Shown: positions 55,673-64,000 of the stretch, piece after piece
How the letters are laid out: every line of letters starts with the position of its first letter
How positions within the stretch are numbered: position 1 is the stretch's first letter
Assembly: GCA_009859145.1 (NCBI GenBank)
Contig: VRVR01000055.1
Coordinates: forward strand, 136,927-200,926
Source: Andalucia godoyi And28
Taxonomy: Eukaryota > Protista > Jakobida
Direction of reading: 5' to 3'
Length of the DNA: 64,000 nucleotides
Notes under the pieces: model-generated
What the model was told of the DNA's origin: nothing
The model's input: the letters and a program-made list of their open reading frames with translations, nothing else
Database searches by the model: none
Translations under genes and position numbers: made by a program

Positions 55673-57290
55673 TCACCTTTCCATATCCTCGCCATAAATG
55701 CGCTTGTCTTTCGAAAACCCAAACACATTCAAAACTTCGTCCAGTTTGGCGATCCCTGCCGAACTTCGCCACGTTCTACAACTCGTGTAATTACACTTGC
55801 GATCGTTGTGATAAGTGTTGCATTCGTGCCAGTACCTATTGTCATCAGGATCTTCGCGAAGCAAGGCGAACACAAGACGGTAGGGTTCGATTTTGAACGC
55901 CCGCATCGCCGAATCGTGTTTGTAGACGCACATCAGATGATCGGGGGGCGCATGTTTGATGAGTTCGGACATTGGGCCGAAGTCTGCCTCGCTGGAGGAA
56001 TATAAGAACTCCGTGAGCTCGGGTTGGAAATCCAGTGCCAGACGGCATATCTCGGGCGTGAAATCAATCACGTCGTGGAATACCGTGCAGAAATGCCGAA
56101 CCTTATCCATACTGATCTTCCTTTCCGATTCGAGGAGATTGTCGCGGGTCCTGTATGGCGAATTCATCAATGCGCCTTCCAGCACCGCATCTGCGAACGC
56201 AAACACGCGGCCCTCGGATTCTGTCCAGTATTCGTACAGGGACGCGATGGAGCCGAGGAGCTCTTCGGATCCGACAGAAACCCATTGGTTCCGCGAATAC
56301 GGGAGCGTCTCTAGTTTCTCGACCATGATAGGCCCAGTGCTGTTCTCTTCGGTTTCTCCCTCGATCCCCTTGCAAAGCAATTTCATCAACGCGTGCGATT
56401 TGAGAATTTCGTCTGGCTTCTCCCAGCGCCCTGGCGCCGCCGCGATCCACTCTGCGAGCATTTCGGGGCGGATCGCGAATCCGAGATTCGCCATCGTGTT
56501 GATGGCCGGGACGCCGACGTCGACCCATTGCGTCTTCGTCTTCATGTCCGTGATGGAGAACGAACGCATGACGTAGTCGAACATGTGCGCGTCGATCAGC
56601 TTGCAGCTGTTGAGACGGCCGTTGATTGCAGTCACCCAGTGGACCCACGGCAGATCGATGCTGTGCGACGCTGCTGCAACGGCGTCGACGACGGTCGGGA
56701 TTTCTGAATCCGACAGATACGCCATCAACACCCATTCGCTGAGCGGAATAACTTCGGCTAGATCCGATGTGTTCCCCTTGTCTTGCTTCTGCAATTTGAA
56801 CACGGCATTGGCCATCGCCTTCATGAACTCCTGCTTCTTGCGCAGCACGTTCCACACGTACTCGGAGACATCTTTGGTCAGGTCGCCGCGCCAGTCGAAC
56901 ATGCTGAGGCCGACCTTGGAGAAGTACTTCTCCCAGAACCTCACCCGTATGCACACCAGCCCACTGCGTGAAGGGCTTCTTGCGCGTGGACGGGTACACC
57001 GATGGCGTGATTGAAAACAGCGCGCGTGGGAAGCGTGTCGCCGTCTCCTCTTCTGGGATCTTCTTCGCTGTTATGGACGCTTCGCGGATGGCGTTTCCTT
57101 TCTCCCTTGATCTTTTCCCGACAGCTCTCGAAGATGTGCTCTTCGAGACATGTGTTCGCTCTTTCCCATGCTCCACTTCGATGCCGTGGTACTTCTGCTC
57201 GATCTCACTGATTCGCTTGCGTGCATCTTTGAAATCGTGTTGATGGTTCTCATTGCTGATCTGCAATTCGATTAATGGATTCAGCAAGAA
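55673..57290 (-). pseudogene. hypothetical helical-repeat-like protein; frameshift near 56945; 5' end cut at the Mutator TIR
   Basis: A 427-aa ORF (55673-56956) is joined to the upstream protein-like part of ORF 56103-57341, with strongly GC-biased third positions. Its open frame runs into the Mutator left TIR. Confidence 0.65.
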
Positions 57291-57292
57291 TT

Positions 57293-60200
57293 GAGAAATG
57301 CTCCGGTGGCCCCTTAAAGTCCAAAAATGTTTGAAACACACACCACAGCACGCTGCATCAAGTGACGCAAGCTTCCTATAAAACGCCGAGAAAGCCCGCC
57401 CAATTCCGTTTTATTTTTTGTGCAGCCCTTCACCCTCTGTCTTCCAGCCATCCTCCTTTTCTGTGTCTGCAATTCTTTTTCTCATGGAAGGAACCTCATT
57501 GTCGTTGCGTGAAGCTGCACGACAGCATGGATTTAATAACCGCTGGCTTATCAAGAACTCGAAGCGTACTCGAAGCAACCTGCAGAGAGTGCTGGATATC
57601 CGCGTCCTGGGTCGCGATGACTTGCATTTCTGTTCGAATGAAACCCGAGCACTGTTTCCAAAACCGCGTGAAATTGATGATATAGTGGCGCAGCTTGTGG
57701 GAGACCATGGGGTGCCCAACATTGCGCGCTTAGGCTTGCCCCGAAAAAAGCAGAGATCGCTCGAGGAAGAAGACGATGGTAGTGATGACTCTTCCGATGG
57801 AGACGCTAACAGTTCCTCTGATCGCGGAAGTGACGCGGCTGCTGTCACGGACGGCATTGTAATCTATGTTGGTTCCCCGGCAAGCGTCTCCAAGGCTGTG
57901 GACTATGAAGGATGGATACATGGGCATACATGGCATTCTGAGAATCAGTCGGATCAGCAACGTCAGAATTACGAGTGTTCGTTCGGGCGCATCATGCGGT
58001 CTCAAGAGTACAAAACCAAAATGGGGCGCAATCGACCTCGGGATTGCTTATGTCGACGTCTTTCTATTAATGTCACTGTCAGAGACCAAACGTGCACAAT
58101 ACTTGTCCTCAAGGGCAGGCACATCCACTCTGCAGTGACCTGCGGTGAGCATGGACATCTGGATCCATCGATTCGTAAGCAGATCGAAGAAAGGCTCATG
58201 CAGGGCGCAAGGCCATCTGTAGTTCTTGACGAAATAATCTCTATGATCTCTGTACTGGCTGGTCGAAACAACCCTTTGGCAGAGGAAATGAACAAGAGAC
58301 TCGTACCGGACAAGAAAGCAGCGTGGAACATCTGGTATCGCCATGTGTACCACAAGCAACGTTTCTCGAGAGACGATCTGGACGATTTGGTGCAGTGGAT
58401 CGAGGACCCGTCTGCATCGTATCGAAGAGGCGTCGTGCTGTCAAAATACCGCTACGATGAAGGACAGAAGCGTGTCGTAGACCATCTTAATGTTATTTTG
58501 CATAATGACGCTTCATTTTGCATCTTGCAGAAATGTGGACCGAATGGAAGATTTTTGCTGGATTCGACTCATGGGACCAACCAGTTCCTCTGGCCGTTGT
58601 ATTCACTTGGAGTGGTTGTAGATATGAAACAACGGAAGACGGTTGTTGTCGCGCGCATGATAACATCGGACAATTCAAGCAAGGCTCCTGAAGCGCTCTT
58701 GCGATGGGCTCGTTCGCACATCTCCTGTGCGCCCAGAGACATCCTCATTGATAATGACATTCGCGAGAAGCTCGCGATTCGAGCACTGTGGGGAGAAGAA
58801 GTGAACATTATTATTTGTTATTTCCACCTACTGCAATTCTTGGTCCGATGGTTGAAGCATGAGAAGCTGAGAGAGGAAAGACGACATGTCATCGTTAGTG
58901 CAATCGAGCGAATGTGTGGGGCAGAATCTGCTCCTGCTGCCTTGCTGATCCACCGAAGAACTCGCATGGTCATCGTTGACTGGGAATCGCATGCGGCCAT
59001 TGGATGCGACGAACGTCGTGCGTACACGAAATTGCTGCGGCGCTGGGATATCTATGGGCAACGCAAGCATTCGTTTGAAGCTCCGGTCGGCTTCCAGGAC
59101 GAAAAGTTTGCAAATGATCATGTTTGCGCCGAGGATTTCGTTCCAGGCGATGATCAGGCGTTTATGTACGTCGAGATGTGGTGCCACGCGTTCTGGAGAG
59201 ATGCTTCTGTGCGGACCACAAATGGATTGGAAATTGAGCACAAGAATCTCAAGTATGGCGATGCGTACTTGAATGGCCTCAAAAATCGTCGGTTAGGAGA
59301 CTTCGTGAGAAAAATCGAACGTGGCGACTTCTTGAAGATGCAGGACTTCATCATGCTGGTAACGGGTCGGCATCGCGACAAGAATTCTATGCCGGTTAGC
59401 ATCCACAATGATTTCGAGAGAGGTCGCGAAGTGGCAGAAAAAATAAGCCTTGGAGAAAGGCAGGGTGCTCTCACAATCACATCTGACGGAAATGAACTCT
59501 GCTGTACTCTGAAGCTGCCGAATGCGCAATCGTCTACTGATGCAGAGACGGGAACAGTGGCAGTCATTCATGCTCTCAAGAATTGTCAAACGACCAATGG
59601 AACCGTCACCGAAATTCGGCATGTTGCATGCTCGTGTCCGCGTATGAGAGGAACTTCTTTTTGCAAGCATGTCGTCGCAGCAGCCCAACTGGAAGACTTG
59701 ATTCCCTCCATCGAACGATTCGCTACAACGTTGTTCCAGTTCACTGTTCAAGATGAGATCGTGACGAAGTTTCGCGAGTGGAAGTACGAAAGAGCTTGCG
59801 ACATGGAAAAAAGACTGCATCTGTCACAACGATTGTCGCTTCTCAATCCCAGCTTTGAAGGACTTGCAGTAATAGGTGGAAGTGCAGCTGTCGATGCATC
59901 ATCAGCCAGACGGCCGCTGCCAGTGGATCATGCCGTCGTCGACCTAACTGATGATGACCATGTCGAGACCGTTGTTTCAGCGACGACGTTGACAACTTCC
60001 GAGGAGCACAATGATGATACAGCGGGCTCGATGGCTGTTCTTTCGGCAAATACGGCTGTTCAATCCTTGTTGCAATCTGCTAGTCAAGCGTTGCGCCAAC
60101 CGGGAAGATCACAGAGGGCGCTACAAATAATTTCCCAATGCCAAGCGATGCTCAACGACCTCATGGGTTCCCCGGAGCGCTGTATGACTCGGATGGATCA

Positions 60201-61769
60201 ACTGACAAATGCATATGGAGCGAAGCGGCCGTCTGCCGACACTTCTCAGACGGCCCTGGCTTTGGCACATGCCAAATCACAAAACAAACCAGGTAGACAA
60301 GTTGTGCTGGAACGTCGCTCTGAAAGGGAAGCCGCATATGATGTCGCCGTCGCAAGTGTGTCGAGTAGACCCGAAAATGATCTCTTTCAGGGAGCTAGTC
60401 AACCCGATTTACCTCAGAATACTCCATCATACGCGACGTTCTGCAGAAATGAGAATGCCTACACTGATGTCACTGGAAAGATTGTGTCGTTTTCTTTGGT
60501 TCGAGGGATGGTGTGGAGAGATAATTCTTGTGCTGTCGATACCCTCGTTGAGGTTCTGATCCGTCCAATGATGCTTATGTCGTTAGAGCAGGTCAGTCGC
60601 TGGACGACAATGCCTGCTTTCATGAGGCGACCTTCTTCGATGTTGTTGTTGAATCATGTGATGGACCGGCGGACTCTACCACTCCGGGGAGTTGGCCCAC
60701 ACAGTCACTTCGAAACCGGATACATCCAGCTTCTTGACAGAATCAAATGCGAAATCTACAACATGGTGGCAGGAGGTAATTTCAAGCGTGGTGCATTTCT
60801 TTCGTATCCCTCGTTGCAAACGTACTTTATGACAAGAGACCCGTTGTGCGAATTCGTCGTCCGCGGTCTACATCCTGCGGTCACATTAACACTGTTCAGG
60901 TCTCCCAAGTTGAGCCAACATTGCCAACGCAATTGGAAAGCCCCTTGCCGAATAGAATCGAGTTTGGGGTACCGTCTGCCCACGAAAGATTTCCTGTTCA
61001 ATGTCAATATTGCAGAAAGCAGGTCGCATGGGACATCGAAAGTGTGCAGATGGACTGTCCGGTTCTCATGAATGTTTGGTGTTCCCAACAGCTATCAAGG
61101 CAGGAATTTCAAGGCAGTTGGTTGACTTGCAAATTTCGCACCAATCGTTCCTGGGTGATACGGATTGGTCCACAGCAGGAGATTGAATATCAACTTGTGG
61201 CAATTGGATTCTTCAAGGATAGCAGCCACTTCAACGCCGGCATCTGCCGACCAGATACCTCATCTCCCACATGGAGCTGCGAAACGTCTGAGTGGACATT
61301 CTATGATGGATGCGACAGATCCGGCACAATGTTCGGACACACCATGGACTCCGTTTTCCGTGTTGCTTTCCAGGCAGTCGGTCCAACAAGGCATGAAGTA
61401 TGCCAGCTTGTGTATATCAGGCGGGATGCATGCCATGTACAAGAAGAAATTCCCATGATTCAGAGGGTGGACGGCCTTTCCGCAAGCTCTGTTGAGTGGG
61501 CAATCGCCCTCCGTAACCTTGCAAGGCAAAAGGCAGAACGTCGAGCCGAAGCAAACGTTAGTTCATCGAAGAAGAAGAAGAAGAGGACGGCGAATTCAGA
61601 TGCTATCGTCATCGATGACTAAGATTGTGACTTTGCGAGTAAACGATAAATGTTGTTTGATTCTCGTCCCTGTATTAATAGGAAGCTTGCGTCACTTGAT
61701 GCAGCGTGCTGTGGTGTGTTTTTCAAACATTTTGGATTTTAAGAGGGGGGGGCCACCTGAGCACGTCTC
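57293..61769 (+). mobile_element. Mutator-like (MULE) DNA transposon, ~4.5 kb, with ~90-bp TIRs
   Basis: TIRs 57293-57379 and 61678-61769 share TGCTC.GGTGGCCCC...TCCAAAA.TGTTTGAAA.ACACACCACAGCACGCTGCATCAAGTGACGCAAGCTTCCTAT. No convincing TSD. Confidence 0.88.
57418..61622 (+). CDS. MULE DDE transposase with SWIM finger and C-terminal USP-like (C19-fold) cysteine protease; one frameshift ~60865
   Basis: FLLDSTHGTN (D), ILIDND (D), ICYFHLLQ (CxxH), RTTNGLEIEH (E), SWIM ACSCPRMRGTSFCKHV, Cys box GMVWRDNSCAVDT, Zn-ribbon-like SCGH...QCQYC, His box DSSHFNAG...WTFYDG and a basic NLS tail. The true start is probably ATG 57484. Confidence 0.85.
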
Positions 61770-62979
61770 TTCAACCCGCAACACCTCTTTCTTTCGCTTT
61801 GCCTTGTTGTTTCCCCTTTCCCTTTTCCCTTTTTCTGTCTTCTACCCCTGTCAATGTAGGCTCCCTTGTTTTTTGAGTCCCGGAATTGCCAAACTCGATT
61901 ATGAGGAACTAATCTTGCTGGATTTTCGGCAAAAGTCTTTCAGTGCGCTTTCATTTTCTTCACACTTTTTGTAGATGTGCAAGCAGAGAACGACGAGCTG
62001 TGCAAAAGCGGGGGGGGCAACCACTACATTATCCACCTCGATGAAGGGATGTGATTGTATCACTATGCGACATACGGAGTGCAAAAGAACATCCTTGTAT
62101 GAAGAAGGTTCCGTTCAGATTGTATGAAAGTACGTGGACGGCACCAGAAGGACGCTGCCAATAACAAGTTCTTGAGAAGGAGGATGTTCTGCGCAGTAGA
62201 GCATCAAACCAGCAATGGGAAGACAAATGTTGTTGAAGATTTGGCTTCCTGAAATCAATCGCAGGTGGTGGATACGACTGTCCGCTCCACCAGTGCTGCG
62301 ATTATCATCGGCTGCTGAACAAGCATGCGAATCATGCTTTAACAAGACAAGTGCCAATGAATTCGTCGCAGACTTGGAAGCGGCGCATGTGCGAGCAAGA
62401 ATTACAAGTCAGGCAGATGTGTGAACGACGCTCTGTGTGGACGATCCGTGGGCGCACTTTGACCAACAACCCAAACTGTGAGTATGGTACAAACCGAGTG
62501 CACAACATTATCTTGGGAGAAGCATCGACCAAGATAAATGCAACATCTGTGGATGGAGAAATCATTTCAACTGATGTCGAACAATTGGGAGCTTATCACG
62601 GTCCCTTCTGCGCGGCGTGCACGAATGCAGGGTTTGGACGCGGGTGTTACAAGACCGTCAGAAGCGTGCCTTGGTGCGGAACACGGGAAGATGAGAGAGC
62701 ATTCCTCTGGAAGCTAACAGCGGATTGGTAGGACCCCGAAAACGCTTTATGAACATCTTTTTCTTGATAAGCCGTGCCTTTTGTAGCGGGGAGGGGTCTT
62801 GGGGGGAAATGTTGGCAGCGATTCAGCTCTCTTGGTTTCTTTGTCTTGTGGTGTTCATCGCTTGTTCTGCGTTTGGCTATTGCTTTTGCGGGGTTGTTGG
62901 CGACGAGCGGTCACTTTTTTGAAAGGAGACTGTTGGGTTCGCGGTCGCGCGAGGCTGCCGAGTTTTGGTTTTTTATTTC

Positions 62980-63738
62980 CTAAACACCGTCGGAAATATC
63001 TCGGACAGTAAAGACTTCCTTTTCTCTCCGGATGCATTCCTTGTCATGCAACCGAGCCATGACTCTGCGCGCCAAACTCACGGTCAACACCTCTACTTTC
63101 CCAGCATTGGGTTGGATCACGTGGCCACCGTGCGGGTGAAACAAGCACATCCACTTCCACACGAGGAGGTCCCTTGCATCCGTGATAACTTCGTGCGACA
63201 GATCGTCGACGAAAGGAGCTTCTTCATCTTGGATCAACCGCATCGACAGGCGGAACCACGTATCTTCTAATCCTGAGTTCGAAGAATACAGAACAAGATC
63301 ATCTTTCAAAACAAAAAGCGACCCTTTCCAGCGGTACGTTGCAAGATCATCCAGAGTGATTAGGTCCGCAACGATATGTGGAGCTTGCACACATGCCCAC
63401 CTGTACAACACGCTCATCAGAAAATACCGGAATTCTTCTGTCGTGGATGATGCATGCATGCGGAGGCGTTGTAAGTGATAATGCACTGTGTTTGCCTGGA
63501 TCCCGTACGTCTGTAAACACTGAAAACAAGCGGCTGCGAAGGACTTTGCTGGGCAAATGGCCTGAATATCCAATTTCAATTTCTCGATGGAATCGTCGCG
63601 GAGGATTGGAACGTTATGTTCGATATCCTCCATGCCGATTGCGAACACATTGTCGAGCGAGTCGTCGTTTGGTGCATCGAGCATAAGAATCTCAGATGGC
63701 GCGTCGGATATCAGCGTCGGAATGATGCGGCGCTTCAT
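62980..63738 (-). CDS. hypothetical protein (~252 aa)
   Basis: Intact ORF from MKRRIIPTL with protein-like composition, preceded by a CT/GA-rich leader as seen for other genes here. Confidence 0.55.
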   Translation of the reverse strand: MKRRIIPTLISDAPSEILMLDAPNDDSLDNVFAIGMEDIEHNVPILRDDSIEKLKLDIQAICPAKSFAAACFQCLQTYGIQANTVHYHLQRLRMHASSTTEEFRYFLMSVLYRWACVQAPHIVADLITLDDLATYRWKGSLFVLKDDLVLYSSNSGLEDTWFRLSMRLIQDEEAPFVDDLSHEVITDARDLLVWKWMCLFHPHGGHVIQPNAGKVEVLTVSLARRVMARLHDKECIRREKEVFTVRDISDGV

Positions 63739-64000
63739 GACAACACAGGTGCGAAAGGCACAAATTGTGAATCTGGCAGAAATGAATGGGATTTCTTTTT
63801 TCAAGAGCTGCGGAGAAACGAGACCACAAAATCCGACAGACACCCCAAAAACCCCCGGAGGTCTGGAAGACCAATTCACACAATCCGCTGCAGCCGTTTT
63901 CAGCGTCTTTTTGCATTCGAGTCTTTTGCACCTCCCTCTCTCTCGCTCGCTCTCTTCTCGTCCTCCTGTTCATTTGTCTCGTACTCGCATCCTCATTGCT

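Overview
Eukaryotic, intron-poor, roughly 50% GC accessory region. I cannot identify the organism. Four kinds of sequence are interleaved. (i) Host-type genes: 3-4 Zn(II)2Cys6 binuclear-cluster genes, a KGG/Con-10-like stress peptide, an F-box protein, a TM2-like membrane protein and a secreted GPI-type protein. (ii) Genes that look derived from a large DNA virus: an intronless ~1240-codon type IIA topoisomerase, a large protein ending in a clan-CE-like His/Glu/Gln/Cys protease domain, an intact 2142-aa ORFan, a ~1150-aa AAA+/SF3-MCM-like P-loop protein and a degenerate RecD-like protein. (iii) Transposons: a collapsed Ty3/gypsy with an LTR plus a related solo LTR, a truncated BED-hAT transposase, two hAT MITEs with 8-bp TSDs, and a TIR-bounded Mutator whose transposase carries SWIM and a C-terminal USP-like deubiquitinase domain. 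(iv) Unusual repeat structure: a near-perfect 580-bp inverted repeat around an AT-rich 1.34-kb spacer, a duplicated 'ORF194 <- -> topo II' cassette whose second topo II is largely replaced by hAT, and identical patches inside otherwise diverged paralogues. Many genes are interrupted. Several frameshifts fall in homopolymers and may be sequencing error, but the in-frame stops suggest real decay. All family assignments come from motifs read by eye; no database search was run.
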